From Lama guanicoe (taxonomy: Eukaryota): a DNA stretch of 64,000 nt. The notes below the pieces were generated by a model. The model worked only from the letters and a program-made list of their open reading frames with translations, was not told the origin of the DNA and ran no database searches. Each line of letters begins with the position of its first letter. Position 1 is the stretch's first letter. A program made the translations under genes and the position numbers. Where the stretch lies: assembly GCA_013239625.1 (NCBI GenBank), contig MU053934.1, positions 3,490,399 through 3,554,398 of the forward strand, given 5' to 3'. Positions 37,701 through 50,566 of the stretch are shown one piece after another.

Positions 37701-39203
37701 TGGGGTCCCAGCCTGTCATTCCCACTGAGGAGCCCTTCCTCAGCCTCTGGAAGTCCAGGACTGATCCAGCCCCAGCTCAGTTCATTCCAGTTGGCTGGGA
37801 CACCTGCTCTTCCTTCCTAGGGGCTGTCCCCTGGGTCAGCACTGTGATGCCAGCTCCATGGTCCATTCCAGAAAGCCTGGCTCCTCAGGGCTGGGGATGG
37901 GGCAGGAACTGCCCCCAAGGCACAGGAATTTAGACCAGGACATTGAGGAAGGTGGATATTCAGCAGGTTTTCCTTGGGGCCACAGCATGCTGGACCATGG
38001 GGCCCCAGGAGGTCCCAGTCTGCACGCAGACCCAGGTGACTTGGTGACCCTGAGCATGGCTACCGGTCTTCAGTCTTAGCTTGGAACCACCCAGGACAGC
38101 TTCCACAACATGTGAGGAACAGGGTGGGGTAGAACAGAGAGCAGAGGAGGTGAACCCAGCCCAGGGTTTCCCAGTTCTGAGCAGAGCCCATGCCCCTTCC
38201 CTCAGGCAGATGTGCAGGGAGGGGCTGTGACACTGGGTGGGGCTGCTAGCCTGCTGAGATCCAGGGGCCTCTGTCCAAAGGCCATGGCCAGGGATGGCTC
38301 AGGATGTATAGGCTGCTGGCCCTGTCCCTCTCAGGCCTCTTCCTCCACCTGAGGAAGAGGAAAATGGGGCTCCCTGAGAGGAAGGCCGGTCAGGGGAGGT
38401 GGCCAGGTCAGGTGGCTCCTGTTTCCAGGTTTCCAGCTGCCATCGTTGTCGCCGCCCACCCCACCTAGCTGTGCCACCCGCTCCCTCCACGCAACCAGAT
38501 ACCTTGGCCTGGTGAGGCTGCAATGCAGCCGCTGATAGGTGGGCTCAGAGCCATGGCAACAGGTGGCCGCCTCCTGCCTGCCCTCGAGCCTGGTCTGCCC
38601 TGCTCTCCCTGCCAGTGGGCAGGAGATGAGACTCTGTAGGGGGACTGGGACTTAGACAAGAGAGAGGTCTCCCCAGCAGCCAAGGAGGGTCTATGGCTGG
38701 CACCTACCATATAGGCCTGGCCAGAGAAAAGGCCCGGATGAGCAGCTTTGTCATCTAGGGCTAGGTGGGAGGTCCTAGTTCACAGACCCTTGGGGAATAT
38801 GCTACAGCTGGGAGCCCCCCAATCCCAGGGCCGTGCTCCCCTGGGCAGCACCCAGCAGGTAGGCCTTGCCAGGACAGAGGTACCACCTCCCCTTCCATAG
38901 ATCTAGGGGGGACCAGAGGGTCTCTGACTGTAGCCTGGGCCTGGCTCCATCTTTCAGGGTCTCTAGGAGACGAGGGAAGGGCAGGCTGGTTGGACCATGG
39001 GAGGTTGAGTGGGTTGTGGGTGGGTAGGAGCATTAAGGCATTTTCTTGTGGGCCGCCTGGGCCTCATCAGCCCTCTCTCCTGGCTTCCCAGCACCTCAGT
39101 CTTACAGGCCTCAGGGGCAGGGGGCAGGATGGGCAGCAGCCCTGCCTCCCCAGACCCAGTTCTCCACAGGGCCTGACTCATCTGTCCCCTCATCTCCCCA
39201 TAG

Positions 39204-39260
39204 CCCGATCTGCTCAACTTCAAGAAGGGATGGATGTCTATCTTGGACGAGCCTGGAGAG
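39204..39260 (+). CDS. TRIOBP: Exon 12, start of PH domain ([19 protein letters not shown])
   Basis: ccatag| acceptor, gag|gtagga donor, 57 nt. Confidence 0.96.
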
Positions 39261-41883
39261 GTAGGAGGGCTGACACGGGGGTCGGGGGAAGTGTGGCTTT
39301 CTGCAGTGCTCTGGAGGCTCCTGGGGGTGGTCCGTGGCTGAGCTGCTTCCCTGGCCTGTCTAGCCTTCTAGAGACTCTGACTTCTGGATGGAGGGAGTCC
39401 AAGATGGAGGCCGGAGTGGGAACCCTGAGGGCGGGATATTTCTTGTCCAATTGGAAAGAAGGCCTCGGCCTGTGAGGGTGGGAGGGCATCTCAGCCTCTT
39501 GAAGCAGTCTGCAGTATGTAAAGGTCACCAGAGTTGGAGGCCTCCTGGCCCTTCACGCCCCACACCCCATCCCCTCCTGTCACCAAGAGCCTCTTGCCCT
39601 CCCGCCTCTTGACAACCCTGGCTGAGTATCCAAGGGTCTGGGATGGAAGGGTTCACAGAGATCACTTGACCTGAGGCAGGTACAGATTTCCAAAGACTCA
39701 GCCATGCAGCTCCCCTCAACCCTGGGAGTGGGCTTCAGAGCACATTTCTTGAAGTCTCACCAACTTGGGGCCCCACTGGTTGAGTCACAGCTGCCTCTGA
39801 CCTCAGTGGCCACATCTGTGAAATGGGCATTCTGGATAATGATAGTTCTTTCCAGGGGGGATAACAGAGTCACAAAGGTCAAGCATGTAAAGTGTCCCAC
39901 AGAGCTCCCAGTGCCTGCTTGGGCCTCAGCTAATAACCCTTCCCTTTCTCTAACGTGTGCATCTTTAGAATCTGAAGGGACAGTAGCCTTTCACCGTCTC
40001 TACCCTTCTGCCTGCCAAGCTGGAGCTGGAGCTGACTTCCTGCCCGCTCAGCCTGGGAGAGGACGTCACCCTGCCCGGGTCCTGCATGCGCCCGCGGCTT
40101 GGGTCTGCATGCAGCCCGCATGCCGAGGAGGGCTCGGAGCCAAAGGGAATCTCATTGTGTTTCCTCCCCACATGCTTTATTCCCTCCAGCCCACGGCCTT
40201 CCGTACCCGCTGCCTGCTCGCCAGTCCTCTGGTGGCTGAGCTCCAGCCTCACACAAGGCCGGGCACCCCGCCAGTGACCCTTCTCAGCCTCCCCACCCAG
40301 GGTCTCTGGAGGGCAGAGATTATGGGCTCCACCCAGAACTGGCCGTTACTCATTCTCTTTCACAGGATTTTGGAATGTCCGAGCTGGAGGGGCCCTGGGA
40401 GTTCAGCCAGCCCAACCCCTTGGTTGCACAGACAGGAGACAGGCCCACAGGGGCTTTGATCTCTTCCAGGCCTAGCAGCACCTTGAGCAAACCCAGGCCT
40501 AGAACTCAGGGCACGTGAGGCCCCTGGATTTCCATCCAGCTGCCATCTCAGGCAGTCATAGACTAGGCCTGGAAGGGCCAAATAGATCATTTGGCACAGA
40601 ACCCATGCCCTGCTTTACAGAGAGACAGTTGAGGTCCTGAGCAGCAACTTGGGCCACTCAGGAAGAGCAAGGTCATTCTAAGAGGGCCAGCCTCTCAGAA
40701 CAACCCCCAACAACCTAGTGCCTGATCTTATGCCAAGTGCCAGGAGAGACATCCCGGGAAGAGTTAGGAACTTCTGACCTCACTAGGAAGCTTAGGGACT
40801 TCTTATTAGCTTTCCTTTACAAGTCAGAAAACTGAAGCTCAGAGAGGTCGAGACACTTGACTGAAGACACACAGTTAGCAAAGGATAAAATAGTTGTAAC
40901 TTTGGTCTCTTGGACGCTAAAACTCTGTCTTCAGGGAGGCAGTGTGAAAAGAAGTAGAAAGTATCCTCCTTGCACATCCTTGAAAACTTACCATCTTCTT
41001 GAGGAAAGAACACTAAGCACTTGAAATAACAAACAGTATGGATTGGGCTTGGTGATGTAGGGGAGCCCCAGAAGGACCAGAGACTGGGTGACATACACTG
41101 ACCCCGGCAGTGGGTGGACCTCTACTGGCATTCCGGTGAATGGCCAGAAGCCCAGAGGCGGGCTGAGCTTGGCACTTTCAGATGAGGCTGCTCTGATACC
41201 CCCACCCTCTCCTATATGTTCTGCCAGCCTAACCCCAGTTGGAGCAGAGAGGAGCACCCAGAAAGGCGACTGCATCATAAATATACAGATAGTGCATTCT
41301 CACAGCTGAGCGTGCATGTAACCAGCACCTAGAACAAGAAACAGAATATACGACCAGCTTCTCCCTGGCCCCCCTTCCAGTCCTGCTCTCTGGGAGACTT
41401 GTCCTTGGCCACTGAGGTGATTGATTCAGGGGCAGAGTATGGAAAAAGACCTAAAGTTCTGGTCCCTGACTTGCTAGGCAAATGACCTCACACAGGTCAC
41501 AACCCCTTCCTGGACTGCCCTGGATTTGCTTATAGGAGCTTTGGTGATCTTGGCAAAAAGGATCAGGAAGCATATGGAAGTATCAACAAATCAGAGAAGG
41601 GCTCCCAGGAAGAAAGGGAGGGTGTGGTTACTGACAAGAAGCTGACCTATTTCACAGATGCTGCTCCTGAGGCTCGGAGAAGAAATGGAGCGGCTAACTT
41701 CAAATGTGGATTTTGTGACTCTGCACTGTCCTCTGTCCCTTGCCCCCTGCCCCTCAGCAGGGCAGATGAGGGTGCCAGGCCCCTGCTGTGAGCAGAGTAG
41801 TTGACCTGGCAGTGCCCAGGACACCCGCGGAATAGCTCACAGACACACTCATTCCCCTGCTCACCACTGTCTCTCCTTCACAG

Positions 41884-41952
41884 TGGAAGAAGCACTGGTT
41901 TGTGCTGACCGATTCAAGCCTCAAGTACTACAGAGATTCCACCGCTGAGGAG
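41884..41952 (+). CDS. TRIOBP: Exon 13, PH domain ([23 protein letters not shown])
   Basis: ctccttcacag| acceptor, gag|gtgaga donor, 69 nt. Confidence 0.94.
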
Positions 41953-42073
41953 GTGAGACAACGAGGTGGGAGGGCTCCTGCCCCCATCAGATGCTGGGGG
42001 ACCCTATGGGGGGCTTGAGGGGCTCAGGTGGGTCACCAAAGGTCATGGACCATCATGAGCATTTTTACTGCAG

Positions 42074-42163
42074 GCGGATGAGCTGGATGGTGAGATTGAC
42101 CTGCGCTCCTGCACGGACGTCACCGAGTACGCAGTGCAGCGCAACTATGGCTTCCAGATCCAT
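42074..42163 (+). CDS. TRIOBP: Exon 14, PH domain ([30 protein letters not shown])
   Basis: ctgcag| acceptor, cat|gtgagg donor, 90 nt. Confidence 0.96.
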
Positions 42164-42435
42164 GTGAGGCTGGGGGACGACATGTCTGGAGGGCCCCCAG
42201 AGGAGGTGTTAGGGTGGAGCATGGTTCACCAGACTGGTTCCTGTCACTCATTTACCCAGAGACCCCATCCTCTTCCAAGGCTAGTGGAGAGGAGGTTTTG
42301 CATCTCCCGCTTTCCTCCAGATGCAAGACCTTAGATACCCGCCTGGGAAGGAAGGGCACATCCCTGGGGTCCATAGTGGGGTGGAGAGCTGTGGGACTGG
42401 CCAGGTGGCAACCTACCTGTGGGGTGGACTTGCAG

Positions 42436-42545
42436 ACCAAAGATGCTGTCTATACCTTGTCGGCCATGACCTCGGGCATCCGGAGGAACTGGATTGAGGC
42501 TCTGAGGAAGACCGTGCGTCCAACCTCAGCCCCAGATGTCACCAA
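42436..42545 (+). CDS. TRIOBP: Exon 15, end of PH domain ([36 protein letters not shown])
   Basis: ttgcag| acceptor, aa|gtatgt donor, 110 nt. Confidence 0.96.
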
Positions 42546-44004
42546 GTATGTGCTGGGCTGGACTGGGGCCTTGGGGGAGGCACTTACCCCTGCATCCCTG
42601 AGAAGCTTTCTGGGACTCACCTGAGGGCCTTGTGGCTATACTTTCTAGGCCTCAGTTTCTCTACCAAGGAAATAGGGAGAGGGCAGTGGGCATTCTTGGC
42701 ACCCATCCAGAAATACATTGTGGCGTCAAGGTTTGACTCTTGTCCCTTTATATCTTTCTGCATCCTGAAAGGGTTGGGAGTGGCCTCAGCTCTTTGAAGA
42801 TGCGATGAGTCAAAGGCCCTGTGAGGTGGCTGATTGTCTCTGTGCTGTGGGAGCTGGGTCTCAGCCTGAATTAGGGAGAGAGAGTGGCTGAGTTGTCTGG
42901 GTGGAGAGCTCACTCCCCCTGGAGGTCAGTGTGGGCAGAGGGGCAGCAGGGCCCAGTGACCTGCTGGTAGAACCCCACACAGTGCAAACCCCAGACGCTC
43001 ATGGGGGCCAGGACTTGTGGCTACTGGGCAGCAGGAATGGAGGCGTGGCGTTGAGGGGTGCTGAGTGTAAGTCCCCTTGCCTGGCCACACCCTGGCTGTT
43101 CAGCCTCAGGCCAGTTACTGTCTGGTCTGAGTTTCAGATTCCTCATCTGTCAACTCCTGGTGTCGTGTGAGCATGTGCGTGGAGGCCCTTTGTGAATTCT
43201 CAACCTCTGTTCAGCTGGACTGTTGTTTAGTATATTGGCTCTGCTGCTCTAACAAAGAAACCCCAAGTGTGGGTTTAAACAGGGAGAAGTTTATTTCTCG
43301 CTCCCAAACTGTCCAAGACCTGCCCATAGCCCACAGCTTCGCCCCTGGGCCAGAGGACTGCCAGTGCTCTCATGGGGTCCCAGCCAGGAGCCAGGCCAGG
43401 GCACAACTGGTCCTTTAAAGAGTGCCACCTCTCACACCCACCAGGCAGGATGTCGTCATATGGCCACGCATAGCTGCAAGGGATGCTTTAGTTTTTGGCT
43501 AGGTAACCATGTCCCCAGTATTGCTCTGGGAGAAGATAACTGCCACTGTCGTGACAAGTCTTCATAGGTTGTGCCATATGCACCCAGAGGCCACTGTTCA
43601 CCTCATCAGCAGTGATGGTGGGCACCTCCTCTGTTCCACTGTGAGCCTCTTGAACCCAGGGCCCTGTCTCACACCATACTCTGAATATTAATGCTTTGAT
43701 CACCATTTGCAAAGAGCTTCCTGGTTGCTTTGCACACATTTGCTCACCTGGTCCTCGGGTCCATCCTGTGAGTGGCATTGTTGTCCCATATTACAGATAA
43801 GGTGACTGAGGCTCAGAGAGGGAGGCCAGGTACCCTGGTCCCTCTGCTGGTAAGTGGCGGTACTATAATGAAGCTCCAGTTCTAACCTGCTTTCTCCGCG
43901 GGGGTCTATCCCCAGGCCCCGACACATGGGTAGCACTCTGGAAGTGCTTGTTTTGGGACTGAGCGGGCCAGGCCCCACCTGACATGGCTCTGCTGGCCCC
44001 CTAG

Positions 44005-44509
44005 GCTCTCGGACTGCAATAAGGAGAACACACTGCACAGCTACGGCACCCCAAAGGGCTCCCTGAAGGCGGGGGAGCAGCGGGGGGGTGGCCCCCGGAA
44101 GGCGGATGGGCAGCGGCAGTCGCTGGACTACGTGGAGCTCTCCCCGCTGACTCAGAGCTCCCCGCAGCGGGCCCGCACCCCAGCCCGCGCTCTCGACCGC
44201 CCAGCCAAGCAGGAAGAGCTGGAGCGAGACCTGGCCCAGCGTTCCGAGGAGCGACGCAAGTGGTTCGAGGCCACAGACAGCAGGGCCACAGAGACACCAG
44301 CGGGTGAGGGTCCACGCCGGGGCCTGGGCGCCCCCTTGACCGAGGACCAGCAGAGCCGGCTCAGCGAGGAGATCGAGAAGAAGTGGCAGGAACTGGAGAA
44401 GCTGCCCCTGCGTGAGAACAAGCGGGTGCCTCTCACCGCCCTGCTCAATCAAGGCTGTGGGGAGCGCCGGGGGCCCCCAAGTGACAGTCATGAGGCGCTG
44501 GAGAAGGAG
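44005..44509 (+). CDS. TRIOBP: Exon 16 (LSDCNKEN...[14 protein letters not shown]...HEALEKE)
   Basis: ccctag| acceptor, gag|gtaggc donor, 505 nt. Confidence 0.96.
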
Positions 44510-45177
44510 GTAGGCATCAGGGCTGGCCTCTGGGAGCCCCTGTACCCCCACCAATACCCCCTCATCCCTGTAGTCACTCTGTGGCATATACCTTGCATAC
44601 CTACAGTGATGGGGAGCTCACCCCTGATCCTGACACCTCAGGCTCCCTGTGAACTGTGAAAAAGAGTCTTCTTTCCTGGGCTTTGGGGTTCTTTTTTGTT
44701 TTTTGGTTTTTTCTTTTTTCCATCTTAGTTCTGTCCTCTGCAACCACAGAGAAGGGAAGGAGGAGGAGGAGAAAGGAGAGACATTTATTGAGCATCTTCT
44801 GTGTACCAAGCCTTGTCCCCGGCTCTCTTTACCTACATTAGCTCATGTAGTCCTCACAGCGGTCTCATAATCCCATAGGATAGACCTGATCACTGTTTTA
44901 CTGATGGGAAACAGACTCCAAGATGTTTCCCCCACCTGCATAATGTGGTAAATATCGGTGACCACAGTGTCCTTCTCCCAACCCTGTCTAGCCTTCTCTG
45001 GGCCTAAGCTCTCTGGGTCGCTGTCCTGGCCATCTCAGAAGCAGCTGGAATGTCCCCATTGCCTGCATCTCGACACCAGGGCCACTTTTCTGTCTCAAAC
45101 CCAAAGCTCCTCACAGCCTTCAACCAGCTCCATCCTCACTTCCAGGCCCTCACTTGCCTCGCCTTCTCCCCTCACAG

Positions 45178-45288
45178 GTCCAGTCTCTCCGGGCCCAGCT
45201 GGAGGTATGGCGTCTCCAAGGGGAGGCTCCTCAGGGTCCACCCAAGTCCCAGGAGGATGGCCACATCCCCCCAGGCTACATCTCACAG
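45178..45288 (+). CDS. TRIOBP: Exon 17 ([16 protein letters not shown]...PPGYISQ)
   Basis: tcacag| acceptor, cag|gtaaga donor, 111 nt. Confidence 0.95.
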
Positions 45289-45425
45289 GTAAGACCAAGG
45301 AGCTGTTTGGTGGGGGATGGGGGCAGGTTTCTGGTTGCCACGTTTTAAGAATTTTGGGAGCCCTTCATGTATATTGGAACCTGTGTGAGGCATTTGACAT
45401 GCATCATCTCATTTAATGTCCCCAG

Positions 45426-45536
45426 CGGGTGGAAATAAGCACTGTGCCCATTTTACAGACAAAGCCACTGAGCTATGGGAGTTTATGTGACTTGCCCGAG
45501 GTCAACCGGCCTGCAGATGTCCAAGGTGGGATTTGA
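45426..45536 (+). CDS. TRIOBP: Alternative terminal exon (TRIOBP-2-like), RVEISTVPILQTKPLSYGSLCDLPEVNRPADVQGGI*, derived from an antisense MIR
   Basis: ccccag| phase-0 acceptor 137 nt after exon 17; 36 codons plus TGA; resembles the recalled human short-isoform tail LVGVITVPVLQTRPLSSERLCDLPKVTPPAGLKGGI. Confidence 0.6.
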   Translation, partial: RVEISTVPILQTKPLSYGSLCDLPEVNRPADVQGGI

Positions 45537-45859
45537 GCTTGGGTCCGGCTGACTGCAGAGCCTGTGTGTGAGCCCCCATGTGATCCTCTGTACTTAGACC
45601 CCTTCTCCTGTACCACTCTGAGGTAATGGGGGACCTAGTGGAGAGTGGGATCCCCAGTGGGCAGGCCCCGGGAGTCGCTCCCTAAACACAGGGAAATCCT
45701 GCCCAGGCCTGCCAGGCCAAGGCCCTACACAAGGTGGTCTGCGGGACATGGATGCTCCCAGTGGCCCTCAGGGGACACATGGTCTGCCCAAGACAGCTGA
45801 TTTTGTTCCCCTGGGGACATTTGGCCATGCCCAGTGACACTTTTATTGTCATGACTGGG

Positions 45860-46860
45860 ACGACTAGCTGTCCAGAAAAAAATGTGTCTGGGTACACACT
45901 TACATATGTTTGCTGTAAATCTTACTGGTATAAAGGCTGTTTGGTGTGCAACTTACAAATAAAAAATACACAATGCTTTTTATTGTGAATTCCAGATAGC
46001 AAGTTGATTTTTCTCAGAATACTTTCATTGATCCTTCTGAATGCTGGTATCCATAGCTTATTGACAAACGAGTGTCATTCTAACCTGAACGTTGGTTGGC
46101 ATTTTTGTTGGTGTTAATGAGCAAGACGACAAGACATATGTCAAACTTTTACTTGGTCAATATCATGAGCAGCTTCTTGGCCAAATTAGAGGATAGTTTT
46201 CTGTTGAGAAAATTCGAGAATATTCTATTAGAAACATTTCTCATGTTTTTGTTCTTGTACAACATGACAGTCATAGATCAGGCACACTTTGAAGTTTATC
46301 TGTACTGTAAGCATTGTTAGCTTTTGGTTTTTGTGGTTTTGCAGGGCGGGTAATTAGGCTTTTAAAAATTGATTGATTGATTGATTGATTTTTTTAATGG
46401 AGGTACTGGGGATTGAATCCAGGACCTCATGCACGCTAACCACATGCCCTACCACTGAGCTACACTCTCCCCCCTGCATTATTAGCTTTTTTTTTCATCA
46501 CTTGCTTAAGTCTGGACAACCAACAAAACAGTAAATAAAGCCCTGATGTGTAAAGTTTACCGATTTCCACAGTGTAAATACTCCCACCCTGGCTGATGCA
46601 CTGAATGCGGCGTCGGGGAGCTGTGTGTCCGCTGATATACAGTGTTTCCACCTGCAGATACAGAAGATGTAAATAACCTCAAAGCACAGCAAATAATAAA
46701 ATGCAGTGAAATAATTAGGAGGTGATGAATTTTGAGTATCAGCTTTGTTTTTAATGTAACTAATTTAAGTTTATATAATTTCTAATAATGGCTGTGCTTA
46801 ATAACTGCGCCACAAAATTCCTAAAAATTTGACAGTCGGCGGCCTCTGATCAGCACATCC
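45860..46860. mobile_element. hAT-type DNA transposon remnant (MER63/Blackjack-like) interrupted by a SINE
   Basis: AT-rich block ending caaaattcctaaaaatttgacagtcggc; family recalled, not computed. Confidence 0.55.
46322..46475 (-). mobile_element. tRNA-derived SINE (Vic-1-like)
   Basis: gaggtactggggattgaatccaggacctc...ccactgagctacactctcccc; TSD gcatt(g/a)ttagctttt on both sides. Confidence 0.85.
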
Positions 46861-48969
46861 TTGTCTGAAACAAGAAGAAATGGATCTCAGGCTCTGAGCA
46901 GGAGGGCCTTCTAGAAGTTCCAAGGGGGCGAGGGGCTCTCGGAAAGGCTTCCTAGGGTGGCACTGAGCTGACTTTTGCTGTGGGTGGTGGTGTGAGCTGC
47001 GGCAGGAGGTGGCGGGCCAGTGGGTGTCCATCATGGAGACCCTCAGTGCCAAGTCAAGGAGCTGGGATCTTGTCCCACCTACCTGAGGAGGTTTGGGGTC
47101 TGACAGCGACATTGGGAAGGTGGGGTTGGAGTGGAGGGGGCTTGGGAGGGGTCTGGACCAGTGTCAGGAGCTAGGATGATGGCTGAGGGGGAGAGGGATA
47201 TAGGAGGGTGTGTGGAGGGAGAAGTTACGGCTGGGCTACTGCCCCGAGGAAGGCAGAGGGGAGCTGGCTGGGAGCTGGGCCTGGCATGCAAGGCCACGGA
47301 CCATCTAGGGCTGAGTGGTTGATGGAATGTTCAGCTGAAGGGAGACCAAGGCCACGGGGAGTTGGGGTGTGATGTGGATGGCTCACTTGGGGGTCCCCTG
47401 CCATGGGGAAGGGGGAAGGGAGGGCCTTGTGTTGTCAAGGCTCCTTTGAGGCTGGAGGAAAGTGGGGCATCTCTGGACAACACCACCACCTGAGGCATCT
47501 GGGGACCTCAGAGACCCCTGCAGAGGCTTCAGACTGCTCTGTGGAGCCCTTGGACTCCCCAGGGGTTGCCTTTCTGTGCAGGTCCCTCCACAGCCACCAG
47601 TAACCAGAGCACCTCCGTCTTTGTCCATTTTACTCTTGGAACGTGCATTAGATTCACATTGGAAGAAACTTCCTGTCACTAAAATGAAGTTTGAAAAGTG
47701 CTGCTCTAACTTCTCGGCTTACAGCTGGGGATGCTGAGGCCCAGAGAGGAGGCGAGACCTTCAGGCTGGAGGTAGACCCAGACCCGTGCCTGCAACCCAG
47801 TCTCTCTGGTCCCAAGGCACCCACTGGGCACCCCAAGCTGTCAGCATTTCTTCCTGTTAGGTTGGGATGGGCAGGGGAGCCGGTGGAATCGGGGGTGGGA
47901 GGGCATAACGAGGAAACAGAGCCCAAGGTGGGGTGGGAGGGGCCCAGGGAAGAGGAACTGAGGTCTACGCCCCTTCGGGCCTGGGAGGAGGCCACTGGAG
48001 AGTCAGTGGACCCTGGAGAGGTGACAGCTGGGGAGGGATCCCCCAGCCTGGTATCTCAGGCCAAGTGGGCAGCCCTCTTTCAGCCTGTGGTGCTTGCCAC
48101 AGGACAGCAGCTGGGGGGCCTGGGGCTTTACCCCCTGGGGTGTCAGTGCCTCCTGCAGCAGGGGCCACGGCACTTCTTTGTCTACTTTGATCCATGTCAG
48201 AGGTGGCCCTCGGGAAGGCAGGGCAGAGGGAGCAGCACCTGGCCTTCTAGGAGCCCCTCCTCGTGAGCTGGTTCCTACCTTCCTCATCAGCCTCCGGACG
48301 TCCTATTAGCTGCTGGGTCTGCCAACCTGATCTGGCTCTTTAAGAACAGCAGCCCCACCTCCCATATTGCCCAAATCTACAGGTGCCCAGGGTGGGCACT
48401 GGCTTACCTTAGGGACCCTCGTGAGTTGGTCTTATGGGGTCTGTTTTACAGATGAGGAGATTGAGGCTGAGAGAAGGGGAGGGGCTTGTTCAAGTTCACT
48501 CCATGGTACCCGGGACCCAGTCTGTGGAACTCCGAAGCCATGTTCTCTTGCCCTAACTGGGGGGACACACAGAGGACAGGCACAGAAGCCCAATGGGACA
48601 GATGTCCCCTGCCCACCACTCAAAACACCTAGACCCAGGGGGCCTGGCCCTTACCCTTCCCCCAAACTGGCCTGTGCAGCCCCCAGATGTGGCTGCTGGA
48701 GAGGTGTAGGGTCAGTCCTCACTGGACATGAGGTGCCCCTGTAGCCTGGGGGAGGATGCAGTCTCTCATCTGGCCTTCTGTACCTCAGTTTCTTCCTTGG
48801 CCCCTTCATTTTTTAATGATCTTAAATATTTTTTAATTGTATAAGAAATATGTTGACATTTTCAAAAATAGTTCAAACAAATCAAAAAGTTAGAAATAAA
48901 CATGTAAACCCTCCTTCCCCTGCCTGCTCCCAACCCCGGGGGTCCCCTTGGTTACCATTTGAGCACATC

Positions 48970-49476
48970 TGTATAGTTTCCTGTTGCAGCTGTAACAAAT
49001 TACCACAAACATAAATCACACAAATTTATCATCTCACAGTTTTGTGGGGTGGAAGTCCAACACAAGTCTCGCTTGGCTAATATCCAGGCATCTGTAGGAC
49101 CGCACTCCCTTCTGTAGGCTCCAGGGAGGCTCCGTTTCCTCACCTTTTCCAGTTTCTGGCGGCCGCCTGCGTTCCTTGGCTCGCAGCCCCTTCCTTCATC
49201 TTCAAAGCCTGCGGAGGAGAGTCAAGTCTTTCTCACTTCCCATCACACTGAGCTCCTTCCGTTGTCCCTTCTCCCTCACCCTCTACTCTCCTGCCTCCTC
49301 TTCCACAATCAGGGACCCTGTGATTACTTTGGGCCCAGAGGATAATCTAGGATAATCTCCCTATTTTAAGGTCAGCTGATTAGCAACCTCTATCCCCTCG
49401 GCTGTGAAAGGTAACACATTTGCAGGTTCCGGAAGTAGACGAGACGTCTTTGGAGGCCATTGCTCTGCCTCCCACA
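48970..49476 (-). mobile_element. MaLR solo LTR (MLT1-like)
   Basis: Begins tgtatagtttcctgttgcagctgtaacaaattaccacaaac and ends ctctgcctcccaca (TG...CA). Confidence 0.8.
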
Positions 49477-50566
49477 GTATCCTTACGTACCTTTTCCTGT
49501 GTTTTCACATGTGCGCACTCAGACCTGTGGCTCTACGTGTTTTGTTTCCATGACTGAGGCTACATCATGCATGTTGTCAGAAACCAGCTTTCATCACCTA
49601 ACTTTTGGGACACCTTTCCGCAGCAGTCCACGTGGGCAGTACTGTCCTTTCACAGCTGCCTGGATCCTTTGTAAAGCTTGATCCCATAACTTATTTCAGG
49701 GTTTCCCTGTTATGCATTTAGATTATTTCCAGTTTTCATCTGTTACCAGCCTCACTGTAGAGAATAACTTTGTCCAAGAGTCTTTGTACACATGTCGCTT
49801 TCTGTGGGATCATTCCTAGGAGTGGACCTGCTAGGTTAAAGAGTCATTAAAACTGCCCTCCACGCACCTGGTTGCAGCTGACTCTCCCAGCAGTGGGTGT
49901 TATCAGTCATTTAAAAATTTGTCAGTCTTGTCTACACAGCCCTGTTTTGTGATAGTCATCAATTTCGGCTCACTTACTCAGCATCTGCCACAGATCAGGC
50001 CCTGGCCGAGACCCAGGGGACTCCAAGCTGGATCAGAGCTTCCCTGTTTTGGAGGAACTTACGATCTGGCAGAAGCAGAGCCTTTGGAGGCAAGGGAGAG
50101 GCTGCCCAGAGTCAGAGCTAGGGGGATATTTAAGCTGGGCTGCAGACCAAGTGAATTATCCAGGAAGAGAAAGTTGTAAAAGAACGTTCCAGGCAGTGGG
50201 AATAACATGAGCTAAAGCTCAGAGATGTGAACATGCTGTTGAATTTTTTTTTTTTTACTAACTATGGGGTTTCATGGTAGGGGAGAGCCAGGGATGAGAC
50301 CACCAGGGTCAGACACTGGAGCAGGGACTTGGTTCTGTGGGATGAGGAGGCTCAGAAGGATTTGAAGCAGGAGATTGACAGGGTGAGGTTTGTGGATGGG
50401 GAATGGTTGGGGGAGATACAGGCTGATGGTGCCAGTGTCTAGGGGGAGGTGGTGAAGCCTGGACCAGAGCAGGCCTGCCCCTGAGGCTTCTTGCCTCAGG
50501 CTGGAAAAGGGCCACTGACCCAGGCAATGGGGGCAGCCCCATGACCTCCTGGCTTCCCGCCCGCAG

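Noticed and set aside
43700..44587. 295-aa antisense ORF
   Set aside because: Shadow of GC-rich exon 16, extending into MIR-like sequence.
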